The position numbers and the translations under genes were made by a program. Source: Octopus sinensis (lineage: Eukaryota). From it: a stretch of DNA of 64,000 bases. The stretch covers positions 57,288,001 through 57,352,000 of the forward strand of contig NC_043003.1 in the NCBI RefSeq assembly GCF_006345805.1, read 5' to 3'. Positions 1-12,689 of the stretch are shown here, in pieces (positions within the stretch are counted from its first letter, which is position 1; each line of letters opens with the position of its first letter). Below the pieces are notes generated by a model, which had not been told where the DNA came from, did not search any database, and was given only the letters and a program-made list of their open reading frames with translations.

Positions 1-680
1 GCGGAGTGGTAAGTAGTGTGTGTGTGCGTACGTGTTTCTGTGTACGTGTTTGTGTGTGTGTGTACGTGTGTGTGTGTACGTGTTTATGTGTGTGTGTGCG
101 CGTGTACTGGTGTGTGTTGTGTGGGGAATGAGCAAATGGTTTAGAGAAGATGTGTAGGGACAGAGGAGAGAGGGCAGTGGAATGTACGAATCGTCTGGTG
201 TGTGTGTGTGTGAATGTATGTGTAAGTGGGTTTAAATAGAGAGAGTTGGAGGCTGTGGCAATAAGGGAATGAAGAAAGGAGACAGAATAATTCTTGCTCA
301 TGATAGAGGGAGAAGTCTGGGTGAAATTTGTGCAAGGACTGTCTAGACACAAACAAATGCTGCAGAGAATGACTGCTGAAGATGAAGCAGCGCGAGACAG
401 TGGACTTGCATTTAATGTCTCAATGTTCCACACACAGGTCAGCTAGTTGCCGGCCAGTATGACCAATGTACAATGAGTGGCGGGGAGAGAGTTTCCGAAT
501 ATCAAATGCACTCGCGCAGTATTCGTCATATGACATTAAAGTAGGAAACACTTATGGAATATGCCATGCTGTAGAACTGAACCCAAAACCACTGGGTGCA
601 AAGTGAACCTCTTTACCATACAGCTACGTATTCATTTGTTTGAAAGATATGTATAACATGATTTCATGTAAACAAATGTA

Positions 681-921
681 TTAGGTTGGTGCATAATTAT
701 TGCGGTTTTCTTCAATAATTTTTATTCTACAAAAACAATAACAACATGTAACAAAAACATCTTTAAATGATTATTCCGGAGCATATTCACCCTCTACGTC
801 AATTACTGCTTCCCATTTGCTAGGTAGACGGTCAGACTATCATTTAAAGATGTTTTTGTTAAATATGGATATATTATATTTGTTGAATAACATTTGCCGT
901 AGTAATTATGCACCAACCCAA
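681..921 (-). mobile_element. Mariner-derived MITE (~241 bp) with TA target duplications
   Basis: TIR ttaggttggtgcataattattgcgg (681-) versus ccgtagtaattatgcaccaacccaa (-921). TA at 679-680 and 922-923. The minus-strand interior reads DRLPSKWEAVIDVEGEYAPE*, like a mariner transposase C-terminus. Confidence 0.85.
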
Positions 922-1614
922 TATTACACATTGACTTTTATTTTAAATTTCTATGCATAAGACTAAAATTTAAAAATTTTTCATCCCGCTTTGTTGAGAT
1001 CTTCGCTAACGTTCGTACATTGAGACAATACTCCCATTTCCTCTGCGAAATATTTGTCTACGCGCACACACGCACACGCACACAAACACACACACACACA
1101 CAAACTCACATACACATATATATATTATACATTTAAAATTATTCGCAGAACAAATAAAAATATCATTGATGTTATAAAACATTACTTAAAATTTTAAATA
1201 TCTACAGCTGTTTCATTAAGTATCACGAAACCATACTCCTATGTAAATCTTAATGCGTTTTCTATATTTTAGCACAAGGCTAGCAGCTTTGGAGAGAGAA
1301 ACATTAGTCGATTACATCGATCGTAGTACTTCGGAACTGTGAAAGACAAGCTTGACCCCGACAGAATTTGGTAAATGTTAATAACAACAAGTTATACAAC
1401 ACAATTTTCAATAATCAATAATAGTCGTTATATAACATAATTATTAATAATTAACTATCGTTATTATAACCATATAATATGAATAATAAAAAGCTAGCAA
1501 TTACATGCGAACCATCACATTTACTTTAGCTATAATTTTTGCAGTTTAATGTTATTTTAAAAATTGAGCTCTAAATCTGTGGATATTTCTTTCGTACATA
1601 AACATGTTTTAACT

Positions 1615-1770
1615 ACACATACACACACACACACACACATACACGCGCGCGCGTATGTATGTCTATATTTATATATGCATTAACGTATACATGTGTAAGC
1701 ATTAGTACATAATATATATACATATATATATATACATATGTATATATATGCATGTATATATATCTTTGTG

Positions 1771-1815
<45 letters not shown>

Positions 1816-1945
1816 ATATACATATATATATATACACACATGCACACCATATACGACATACACAAACATAGACAAACATATGCATATACATACATGTATA
1901 CATTTATATATATATATATATATGTATATATAATATATATATATA

Positions 1946-1979
<34 letters not shown>

Positions 1980-2165
1980 AACGGTGATGCATCAGCATGG
2001 CTGCAGCTCTGAGCTGAAAGTAGAGAGAAAATATATATATATATATATACACACACACATGCATGCATACATACATACATACATACATACATACACATAT
2101 ATATGTGTGTGTGTGTGAGATAATGTACGTGTGTATGTGATTGCATGTGCATGTGAGTGTACGCG
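1615..2165. repeat. Compound (CA)n/(TA)n/(CATA)n microsatellite block, representative of dozens in the window
   Basis: Directly visible. It generates the YIYI/HTHT/CVCV ORFs in the track. Confidence 0.95.
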
Positions 2166-2469
2166 TGCGTTTCATAATAATCTTAATGATTCTCCAGAAA
2201 TGGACATTATTCTTATGCGTTATGTTATACATTTATTTATGTATATATATTTATTCGGTTGCCCACAATCTGCTTCCATATTGAAACCATTATGCTTGTT
2301 TGTGTTGTTGCTATTTTGTTGTTAACGCTGTTATTATTTCTGTTCATTTTATTGTTTAAAAAAATAGTTAAAGTTGTTGCTGGTCGTGTTATTGCCGCTA
2401 CTAATGCGGTTATGGCGGTTCTTGTAGTCTTCACGTTTAATGTGTTTTTCAGCAAAAAAATATTGGTCT

Positions 2470-3189
2470 AGTTGTTCTTGTCGTCGTCGTTGCAGTTGCT
2501 GTTGTTGTTGTTGTGCTTCATGATATCATTGTAGTGGTAGTGGTGATGGTGGTGGTGGTGGTGGTGGTGGTGGTGGTGGTTTTGGTGGTGGTGGTGATGC
2601 TGCTGGTGCCGGTGCTGGTGATACTGATGATAATGCGAATAGAAGTTGTAGTGGCGGCGTTGTTGTTGATAATGGTGGTGGTGGTGGTAGTGTTGATGAT
2701 GATGGTGGTGGTGGTATTGGTGGTGGATGTGTTGTTGGTGGTATTGGTGGTGGTATTGGTGGTGGTGGTGCTGGTTGTGGTGATGGTGGTGGTGGTGGTT
2801 GTGGTAATGTAAATGATGGTTGTATTGGTGGTGGTAGTGGTATTGGGGATGATATTGGTAGTGGTAATGGTATTGGTAGTGGTACAGGTGGTGGTGGTGG
2901 TGGTGTGGTGGTGGTGGTGGTGGTAGCGGCGGCGGTGGTGGCAGCGGCGGTGGTAGCAGCGGCGGTGGTATTGAGGGTGGTAGTGGTGGTGGTGGTGATG
3001 TTGGTGGTGGTGCTGGTGGTGCTGGTGGTGCTGCTGCTGCCGCCGCTGCTGCTGCTGCTGTATTATTGTAGTTAAATTTTTCAAGCATTATTATTTCGTC
3101 TAGCTCCCAGAGGATCGAGATTACAAAGAAGAAGAAGAAGAAGAAGAAGAAGAAGAAGAAGAAGAAGAAGAAGAAGAAGAAGAAAACAG

Positions 3190-3221
<32 letters not shown>

Positions 3222-3240
3222 GAAGGAGGAGAAGAAGAAG
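2470..3240. repeat. Trinucleotide low-complexity tract (GTT/GGT/GAT/GCT) followed by (GAA)n
   Basis: Directly visible. ORFs 2468-3298, 2513-2812 and 2518-3084 are homopolymeric translations of it. Confidence 0.95.
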
Positions 3241-3244
3241 GACA

Positions 3245-4040
3245 CCAACAATACCACGTTTTTTCCAGAAGACCAGAAGTGATTCTATCAAGGCCCACAT
3301 TGATGTAAAGATCAATTACAGATCACCAAAGGTAAACAAAACAAAATGCTGAAAGAAAATAAAGGACTTAAGCATAACATAGACTGACTATCGCAAGGCT
3401 TTTGATCTGCACATATATCGCGAAAACATTAGCCGTGAATACGCTGACACCGATAATAAATAACTGCGTAAAACATGTTAAGAGTTAGTAAAACACTTCT
3501 GCTATTGCAGGCGAGAGAGGGAAGTGTAAAACCGAAATTCATCCCCACTAGAAGAAGAATAGACTTTCTTTCTCGCTTACTCACTCACTCACGCTCACTC
3601 TCTCTTTCTCATTCTCTCTCCCTCTTCTTTTCTTTCTGTTTCTCCCTTTTTCTCTCTTCCCTCCTGTCCTGACTGGTGTTGACGCCTTTTGACATGCTAA
3701 ACAGAACTGAAAGAGGGGTACAAGTGATCTTGGAAATTGATAATCTCGAGAGCTGTATGTGGCGAATGATAAACAACTAAAAGCATTACAGTAGACAGTA
3801 CACAGATTTATCAGACAAATGATATGAGATTTGGCTTAGAATATGCACCAAAGTGATCTTGGAGAGAAAATTACAAGAGACGACAAATAATGTATTCGGT
3901 AAAGAAAATGCGATAACAGAATTAGACCAAACAGAGGTGAACAAAAATTTAGAAGTCAATACACGAGACAATGTACAACACACGTAATTGAAAGAAAAAT
4001 AAGGAATATTATAGACGTCAGATTAGTTCTTTAAACACAT
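3245..4040 (+). mobile_element. Decayed RT-region fragment of an R4/Dong-like (RLE-type) non-LTR retrotransposon
   Basis: Frameshifted remnants: DYRKAFD (~3386), MRFGLE (~3824), ELDQTEV (~3858), KEYYRR (~4001). Interrupted by a CT-rich tract. Confidence 0.6.
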
Positions 4041-4589
4041 CTCTCATTTTCCCCCACCCCATATATATACATATATATGCACTCACACATAGGTGAGCGC
4101 ATAGGTGGAAAACAAGATGGAGAAAATAGTACTCGAATACTAAAGGTAGAGTAATATACTTTTTATTAAAGCTGCAAAATTATCACAGAACTGTTGTTCA
4201 GAGTTTCACGATCTTGTTTGTCGGTTAGTTGTAATAAATATTATGCATGTATATATATATATATGTCTACATATATATATATATATATAGATATATATAT
4301 TATATAATATACACATATACACATATATATTATACATATATATGTATATATACACATATACATATATGTATATGTAATGCATATATATATATATATATAT
4401 ATAATATATATATAATATATATATATATGTATGTATGTGTACGTATATATATATAGTTAATAAAAAAACGAAGCCAAATTCAGTCATACTTCATTCCGCA
4501 TGGATTGGTATTTATCCTTTTGCTCCAATCGGTATGAAGCTCAAAGTGTATGTTTGGTACTGGATTTTCAGACTTCTTATCATTAATTC

Positions 4590-4910
4590 ATAGATGCCTT
4601 GTTTGTCTTAACATTTCTAGCTACATTGATATGCAGAGGGCAAATAATTTACACAACAGAACATATTTTTTCTCTTGTAGTCCTACGCAACAATATCTGG
4701 TAGATTGTGCTGTAACGTTGTGGCCGTATTGATTTTTAATTCCACCATATTCTGTAGGAGTTTTCTTTTTTGTTATCCTGTACGCAGACTGTTCTGGCAA
4801 CCACATCATGCCTCATTGGAAGATAATATCTGGAAGACACTCTCTCATAGTTGGCAATGATGTGGTTAATATCTTTAGTCTTGGTCTTGCACAGCCTATG
4901 TATAAACAGT
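4590..4910 (-). mobile_element. R4/Dong-like zinc-knuckle/RLE fragment
   Basis: Minus strand reads RLCKTKTKDINHII..SSRYYLPMRHDVVART, then EYGG/WWN-like and HNLPDIV remnants, with stops and frameshifts. Confidence 0.65.
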
Positions 4911-6215
4911 ACAGTTCATATGAAGACAGCTGGTGTAAGTAAAATAAAGAACTCAAAATATTGAATCAGAGTATCGATATGTTTTATCAAAATCAAGGAG
5001 GCCAACAAAATATATTTTGTTTAACTTGGGAATAAAACAAAAGAAATCTAGCTGGACTCATTGTTGATGATAAAACAGATGCACTCACACACGCACGTAC
5101 ACACACAAAAAAATGTAGGTGTTAATGTATGTGATGTAAAGATGTAAATATCTGTAGACAAAAAAAAAAGAAGAAAATGATGAGCCGGTGTTTCGAATAA
5201 GGATTTGTTGCGCCCATGTGTTATAGAGAATAACTTGTCCTTCACATCATCGAAAAGCAAATGTAATGAATTGGTGAAAGCTCTGTTGGAAAATCATAAC
5301 AACGCTACTGTTAACAAACAGCGACGACGACGACGATGATGATGATGATGATGATAAGGAGGAGGTTGATCATGATAGTGTTGACGATGGTAGTGGTGAT
5401 GGTGGCAGTGGTGGTGGTGATGACCACGGTGAAGATTTCAATGGGGCAAAAACCACAAATTTTCCTGATGACATTATGGCCGATTGAAATCGATTCTTAA
5501 CTCGTGTTAATGACTGGTATTTATTTGTTTCCACTTTTGAAAGCACGAATAAAGAAAGAAAGAGAGAGAGAGAGAGAGAGAGAGCTTACAGTATAAAATG
5601 AAGATGTAAGAAAAGAAAAGCTGAAATTGTGAGCTGAACACGAGAGATGAGTTTATGAGGAATGAGAAAGAGGTAGGAATAACCATTGTTTGCAATGCCA
5701 GAGAGAAAGTGAGAGAGAGGGGGGGAGGGTTAAGCTACGTAAATGTTAATATGAGTGGGGGAAAGAGAGAGTGTGGAGGGGGAGAAAGGACGAGCGAAAA
5801 ACAAATAAAGTAAACAAGTTTAAAATGTCGTTCAACGAAAGTGAAATTTTAATAAGAAATTACAAAGAAAAACAGAGGAGAATAGAAAAATAAAACCAAT
5901 AAAAAACCAATATGTCTGACTTAGAGAAGAGATGGAAAAAATGTTGTTTGATCAAATTTGGAAATAGTGACATTTCAATATGGATTCTTTATTGGGTTAA
6001 ATCTTGTACAATCATTGATGTTGTTAATGTTGGTGATGTTGTTGTTGTTATTGTTGTTGTTGTTAATGTTATTGTCGCTATTATTGTTAATGTTACTTTA
6101 CTGAAAGTTACTTTAATGGCGGAATTGCTACGCAATATATTTGCCGTTTGTATTTTTGTATGAATTATTATATATACACATATAAGCACAGATATGTACA
6201 AATGTGTATATATAT

Positions 6216-6249
<34 letters not shown>

Positions 6250-6752
6250 TTCACTTCACGTTCGCACATAAACTTTTTTACTTCCACTACCGCACACTCC
6301 CATTCTTGCTTATACATAAATACATATATGTACGTACAACGTACAAACGTACAAAGATACATGATTATGTAAGTACGTACGTGCAAACATACATGCCACA
6401 GATACTAGTAAGCGACACAAACATATACACGCGCACATAAACACATACATACATGCGTACGCACACTGATACAACCACGAGTACCACAGCATACATTTAC
6501 TCACAGATACATACTTTGAAATACATACACATATTCCCATACTGATACGCGCGCACACACACACACACAAACACACACACTCATATATACTGATACATAA
6601 CAATGCTTATAGTGTGTATGATTTATATGTTAATGTAAAGAGGTTCTAAATATGTGTTTACAGAAGTAAGTGTATGTGTATGTCTGAATACATATATATA
6701 TGTATATATAAATATATTATATATATTATATATATATATATAGATATATTAT

Positions 6753-6785
<33 letters not shown>

Positions 6786-6879
6786 AGATACATATATACA
6801 TATATATATATGTATGTATGAGTATATATGTATGTATACATATATGTGTGTGTATGTATATTTGTGTATGAATGTCCCT

Positions 6880-7205
6880 TCAAACAGGACAAACGGTTTA
6901 CAGTGAAAGCAAACTTCACTGTGCTTCGGAGAACCTAATATACTCACTAACCTGCTCCGGGTGTCAAGAGCAGTACATAGGCCAAACAAAAAATGGTTTG
7001 CGTAAACGAATGGCCTGCACAGATCCCAGATAAAATTCCCCAAAACAGAAAAATAGCTTTTAGCCAACACATAGATACTTGCGCCAACAAAAACACCCAA
7101 ACTTCAGAATTTTCCCCCTCTACCAATTTAGGGACGATACAAACTCGAGACAACGAATAAGTAAAGAAAATCTCTTTATTATAAAATACAGGCCACTCTT
7201 AACGG
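6880..7205 (+). pseudogene. Penelope-like element GIY-YIG endonuclease, C-terminal remnant
   Basis: CASENLIYSLTCSGCQEQYIGQTKNGLRKRM (from ~6920), then frameshifted HRSQIKFP...QHIDTC...KENLFIIKYRPLL. The IY-x-CxxC-YIGQT arrangement is typical of PLE GIY-YIG domains. Confidence 0.8.
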
Positions 7206-7760
7206 GTCTACGACAAACAATTAATATAGCTCAACTTAAGAATAAAAGAAATATATAGACACACAAAAAATATTACATTCCATAGAATCCATTACTAATC
7301 GCCCCAAAACGCTATATCTTCACCCATTCATATTCTCCCTGCTTGTTTTTTTCTTCTTCTCCCTCTTCTTCTCCTTCTTCATCATCATCGTTATCATCAT
7401 CATCAGTCGTCATCGTCATCACCACCATCATCATCGTCATCTTTCCTTCTCCTTCTTCTTGTCATCGTCATCATCATCGGCACCGTCACTTCTTCTTCTT
7501 CTTCTACTTCCCACCTTCTACCCCACTAATGTTCTAAAGTATAACGCCTACGCAGCGACTGCCGGTCGCCACTGACCAGCCCAGATTTCCCACTCCCACC
7601 CCCTCAAGAACTCACAACGACCTCGAATACACAAGTGCAAACAAGGGAGTCAGAGAAAGGCAGAATGCACACTATATCTGAACACTACTATGGAAGTATT
7701 CCTTTAAAAAAACCTTTCTTCTAATTTTTGTAAATGTTTCAAAATTTAATTATTTAATCG

Positions 7761-7804
7761 TTACAGTTGAAAAGGTCTCAAAATGACCGAAACCGGTACT
7801 GAAA
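7761..7804 (+). ncRNA. Minimal type I hammerhead ribozyme, U3-A8 core variant, in a PLE 3' region
   Basis: cag-TTGAAAA-ggtc(tcaaaat)gacc-GAAA-ccgg-TA-ctg. Stem I cag/ctg, stem II ggtc/gacc, palindromic stem III ACCGGT, GUA site. Lies ~560 bp downstream of the GIY-YIG remnant. Confidence 0.7.
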
Positions 7805-7864
7805 GATTCACTATAAAATCATCTTAGCATTTTCTATTTTTGACTTGTTTTTCATATATATAAT

Positions 7865-8788
7865 AACAACAGGACAAGAACGTATAACTCTTAGAAGACG
7901 ATACAATAAACACGGACAGGACATTCGAAACCCTCAGTCTTAGTCAAGAACCGGATCATCGTAGTAATTTCGGCTGATTAATCTTGAGATTACTAGATCA
8001 CGGCCAGCCCTCCAAGAAAAACTAAGCAACGAGCATTAGAAAAACTAAGCTGGGAGCGTAGATTTCCTGGAAGAAGGATCGAATGCATACGGACACCAGG
8101 ACAGCAAAAGGGAGAATATAAAAAAACAAAAAAATAATGGAATACAAAACATGAAATACAGAAGCATTAACGGTGAAACAACAACAAGTGTCTACGACTG
8201 ATAACAAGCAAACAAATTTTTCTCTGGCGCAAGGAAAGGAGCCTTATCGGCGATGCCTATAGCGGCGGACGAAAAACAACGATGTTAGCACGACGCTGGT
8301 CAGAAGCTGAAAGGCAGATTTCGGCCAGCAGTCACGTGACAGAGGAGAGAGAAAAGAAAAGAAAGAAAAGCAGCGGAAGAGGAGAGAGAGAGAGAGAGAG
8401 AGAGGAGGGAAAACGCAACAAAGAGAGAAGAGAGAGAAAGAAGGAATCAGAGAGGAGAAGGGATGGGTGTCGAAGATTGACCTGTGAGTGCAGAGCGAGA
8501 CAAAGAATTAGGAGGGTAGTGGAAGATTAGACCAAAGAATCAGAGGAAAGAGAAGAGAAAAGAGGATGAGTTAAGAAGAGAAGGGGACAGATCAAGTAAA
8601 AGAGAGAGAGAGAGAGAGACAAACAAAGAGTCGTACCAGTTATTAAGAATATGTGCTCACATTAATGTTAAGAGGCTACGTGGCGCCTGGAATATATGTT
8701 AAGGTATGTAGAAAAATACAACATGGACAAGAACGTATAACTCTTAGAAGACGATACAATAAACACGGACAGGACATTCGAAACCCTC
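7865..8788. mobile_element. Non-coding element with 64-bp identical terminal direct repeats, PLE pseudo-LTR-like, inside (TA)n
   Basis: 7872-7935 is identical to 8725-8788. Flanked by TA repeats. Homologous to the arms of the 28.7-29.1 kb palindrome. Confidence 0.55.
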
Positions 8789-9318
8789 TGTATATATATA
8801 TATCCATATATATATATATGTGTGTGTGTGTGTGTTGTGTGTGTGTGGATAAGCGTGTGTGTGTGTGTGTGTGTGAGTGTGTGCGTGACTGTGTCATCAT
8901 TTCTTTGTGAGGAATGAATGCATTTGTGAACGTGAGCATGCGAGCGTATGACAAAGAGGGTGGGGGAGAGAGGGGCAGAGGGAATGAGTGAGAGGGAGAG
9001 AGAGAGAAAGATTGTTCCAGTGATCTTGTCAGTGTGTGCCCGTTTGTGCTTCCATATCAGTGTGGGCATAAGAGTAAGCACATGTAGGTGCTGGTACGGC
9101 CATGTGCTTAATAATACACAAGTATCCGTACTTCAATGTGTGTGTATATATATATATATGATGGCGTCAGTGTAACGATGTGTAATTATAACGATATGTA
9201 TACACATATATATGCCTCTATGCGTGTATATGTGCATATCAATGTTTGTCTGTGTATTTATATGTGTATGTATGTGTGTGACTATGATCGTATGTATATT
9301 TTTATATTGCAACGAATG

Positions 9319-9534
9319 TTTATTTGCGTCAGTCATTTGACAGCAGCCATGCTGGAGCACCGCCTTAAGGGATTTTCGTCGAAGAAATCGTCCCCAGGAA
9401 TTATTCTTTGTAAGCCTCGTACTTATTCTATCGATGTCTTTTGCCGAACCGCTAATTGCGGAGACATAAACACACCACGGGTTGTCAAGCAATGATGGGG
9501 GACAAACATATACACATGCATATATACATATTAC

Positions 9535-9598
<64 letters not shown>

Positions 9599-9672
9599 AT
9601 ATATATTATATTATATATTATATACATATATATATATATATCTATGTATATGTAATGTATATATATATATAT

Positions 9673-9709
<37 letters not shown>

Positions 9710-9779
9710 TATATATATATTATTTATATATATATGTATATGTATATGTATAGGTTATATGTATATATCTATAATATAT

Positions 9780-9836
<57 letters not shown>

Positions 9837-9975
9837 ATATATATACGACGGACTTCTTTCACTCTACGTCTACCAAATCCACTCACAAAGCTTCGGTCGG
9901 GCCGAGGCTATAGGAGAAAACTGAATCCGAAACCATGTGGTTGGGAAGCAAGCTTCTTACCACGCAGTCATATCT
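9319..9975 (-). mobile_element. SINE family A (tRNA-like head, internal microsatellite)
   Basis: Shares ...gtgagtggatttggtagacg... and ...aaggcggtgctccagcatggc...caaatgactg with ~10 other copies. Internal (TA)n expanded to ~330 bp. Confidence 0.85.
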
Positions 9976-10121
9976 GTATAAGCGTGTATTTGTTTCAGAG
10001 TGTGTATGTGTGTCGAGGGTGTTTAATCGTGACAGTGTATTCGCATTTAGGGGTTAACATGACGGTTCCAAAATGCTGAAGTGCGTATTTGTATATTTAT
10101 TATATAAATATATAGACGAAA

Positions 10122-10480
10122 GCGTGGCCGCGTAGCTGTGTGGCTGTACTTGGGTAAGTGTCTTCTACTATAGCCTCGGGCCGACCAAATCCTTGCGATT
10201 GGATTTGGTTAACGAAAACTGAAAGAAGCTTGTCGTATATATATTTGTGTGTGTGTGTGTATGTGTGTATGTATGTGTGTGTGTGTCTTTGTGTCTGTTT
10301 GTACACCACCATCGATTGTCAATCGATGTTGTTGTGTTTACATCTCCGTATTTTGACGGTTCGGTATAAGACACCGATAGAATAAGTACTATGCTTACAA
10401 ACAATACGCCTGTTAAGGTGTTGCTCCAGCATGGCTACAATCAAATAACTGAAACAAGTAAAGGAATAAAAGCATAAAAG
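10122..10480 (+). mobile_element. SINE family A
   Basis: Same body and tail as other copies, with a partially deleted head. Abuts the mariner. Confidence 0.8.
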
Positions 10481-10491
10481 AATATAATATA

Positions 10492-11766
10492 TTTGTTTGT
10501 CCGTAAAGTTCGTGCTGATTTATAGTAGATTACCTTTCGACTTATTTTAGAACATGGTTGAGTCCATAGAATAGGATTTGACTACACCTACATTTAGAGC
10601 ATAGTTTAAGCTATCTTTTCGTAGAAGAAGGTTTATGTTCCTTTAAAGTGTGTTAATTCTGTAACCCTTTAAAATGGAAGTTAAAGAAAGTTCATTTTCG
10701 GCACTTGATACTTTTCTTTTTCCGTAAAGGTAAAAATGCCTCACAAGCAACCAAAGAAATATGTGCAGTATACGGTGATGTTTCTTTATTCGAAAGAACT
10801 GTACGGAAGTGGTTCGCAAGATTCCGATCGGAGATTGTAGCCTTATTGATAAAGAGCGATCAGGCAGACCATCCACTACACATGATGATCAAATCAAGTC
10901 ATTAATTGAGAATAACCCACATTGCACAACTCGAGAGTTAGCAGAAAGCCTCAACATATCAAGATCCGTCGTTCATGAGCATCTGGTAATGCTTGAGTAC
11001 ACAAATCGCTACGATGTTTGGGTACCACATGAGTTGAGTGAGAAGAACCTTTTGGATCGCATTTCCATCTGTGATTCGTTTTATAAACGGAATGAAAACG
11101 CGCCTTTTATATAGTAAAATGTGACAGGTAATAAGAAATGGATTATCTACCGAAATATTCAGAGAAAGTGATCCTGGAGTAAGCGACATCAGCCACCGTT
11201 AGCCACCCCCAAAGCGGGTCTTCACTCTAAAAAAGTCTTGCTTTGTGTCTGGTGGGATTGGAAAGGAATTCCGTACTATGAGCTTCTCCCAAGTAACCAG
11301 ACAATTAATTCTGAGAAATACTGCACACAATACTGGACGAGCTTATAGCAGCAATTCAAGAGAAACGTCCAGAATTGGCCAACAGGAAGGGTGTTGTTTT
11401 CCAACATGATAATGCAAGACCGCACGTTTCTTTGGAAACCAGACAAAAATTGCTGCAGCTCGGATGGGATGTGTTACCCCACCCTCCATATTCTCCTTCC
11501 GATTTCCACTTATTCAGGTCTCTGCAGAATAGTCTTAATGGTAAAAATTTCATTTCCTTGGATGACGTAAAAAGATACCTTGATGAATTCTTTGCCATAA
11601 AACCACCTCAATTCTTGGAAGAGGGTATTATCAAGTTAAAGGAAAGATGGAGATGCATTGTGCAACAAAATTGTTCATATTTGGTTGATTAATAATGTAA
11701 TGGTAACTATTTATTGACCTATTTCTTTCCTTTAAAAATCGGCACGAACGTTTCCGGACAACCCAA
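10492..11766 (+). mobile_element. Near full-length mariner transposon, mellifera-like
   Basis: Imperfect ~30-bp TIRs tttgtttgtccgtaaagttcgtgctgattt / aaatcggcacgaacgtttccggacaacccaa. TA at 10490-10491 and 11767-11768. Length ~1.28 kb. Confidence 0.92.
10674..11692 (+). pseudogene. Mariner D,D34D transposase, frameshifted
   Basis: ORF pieces contain WVPHEL, FQHDNARPH, LPHPPYSP(S)DFHLFRSLQNSL and RSGRPS. Split over several frames with stops. Confidence 0.92.
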
Positions 11767-12069
11767 TACTATACGTAAAAAATATATTTAAGCGTGTTTA
11801 AGTGTGTGAGTGAAAGAAAGAAAGAAAGAGCAAAGAAAGAAAGTAAGAAAAAGAAAGAAAGAAAGAAAGTAAGAAAGAAAGAAAAAAAGAAAGGAAGAGG
11901 AAGAGAGATCAGATACATATGGCAGTATGGCGCTGAGTATATTAGACTGTTTATGTGGGTATGTGGCCTTATATATTTCATTTAGACCCTGAGAGTAAGA
12001 CACAATGTGAGAGAAATTGTGTGTATTTATCGCCTAATCATGATGGGAAACGTAGCGCCTATAATGCAG

Positions 12070-12640
12070 GAGCCAGTCCTGTTTTAATTAGGATTTGTAG
12101 TGGTTTGGGGCAAGTCTTGCGCATTCGTTCGTGATATGGGCAATGGTTTCGTCCACTCTATTGCAGATGCGGCACAGCGGAGACACGTGCTCATTCCTTA
12201 GGTTGACCCTGCAGTTCGTGGCCAAAGCTTGGTCTCGCACAGCCAGTATCGTGCTCTCGGTTTCATTTTTTAGTGTTTCTTTCATCAGCCAATCCCACCT
12301 ATTTTTTCCAACAACTTCTATTGTGGCAAAATGAAATTGACTGTGTAGTGGCTCCTAGCGTAATTCTTCTAAATGTCCTTTTTGTACTTTTTTCTTTGTT
12401 TTCCCTTTTTCTCTTCTCTCAATATTCCCTCATTCTTGACTGTCACTAGCAAGGTTTCCTTACTTTGCGCCAGGTATGTCGTTAAGTTCTACAGTTCGAT
12501 ACGCACGCAGTCTTCTACACTTATCAGTCCCCTTCCTCTATTTGCTCTCTCCGTGTATAGGCGATCAGTGTCTGCACGTGAATGATGGTTTCCAAGCATC
12601 GTTAGGAGTTTTATTGACCTCCTGTCCATTTCCTTTAGCT
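12070..12640 (-). mobile_element. R4/Dong-like LINE fragment (post-RT and CCHC knuckle)
   Basis: GRGLISVEDCVRIE, ETESTILAVRDQALATN and CRICNRVDETIAHITNEC (ORF 12088-12285). Bounded by an (ATT)n tract at ~12650. Confidence 0.8.
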
Positions 12641-12689
12641 CCTCCTCTGTTCATTATTATTATTATCATTATTATTATTGCTGTTGTTG

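Noticed and set aside
2468-3298. 276-aa ORF rich in His, Pro, Ala and Phe runs
   Set aside because: Translation of trinucleotide microsatellites. It is open in several frames and has no domain.
4189-4230. Minus-strand hammerhead-like remnant (aactaa-CCGACAA...GAAA-ctctg...acagtt)
   Set aside because: Too many core and stem defects to support from this copy alone.
5461-5500. CTGATGA...GAAATCGATT
   Set aside because: No stem I or convincing stem II, so likely chance.
7935-8020. ggctg/cagcc-GAAA-stem-UC on the minus strand, also in the 28.9 kb arms
   Set aside because: No correctly placed CUGANGA with a pairing stem I in either permutation.
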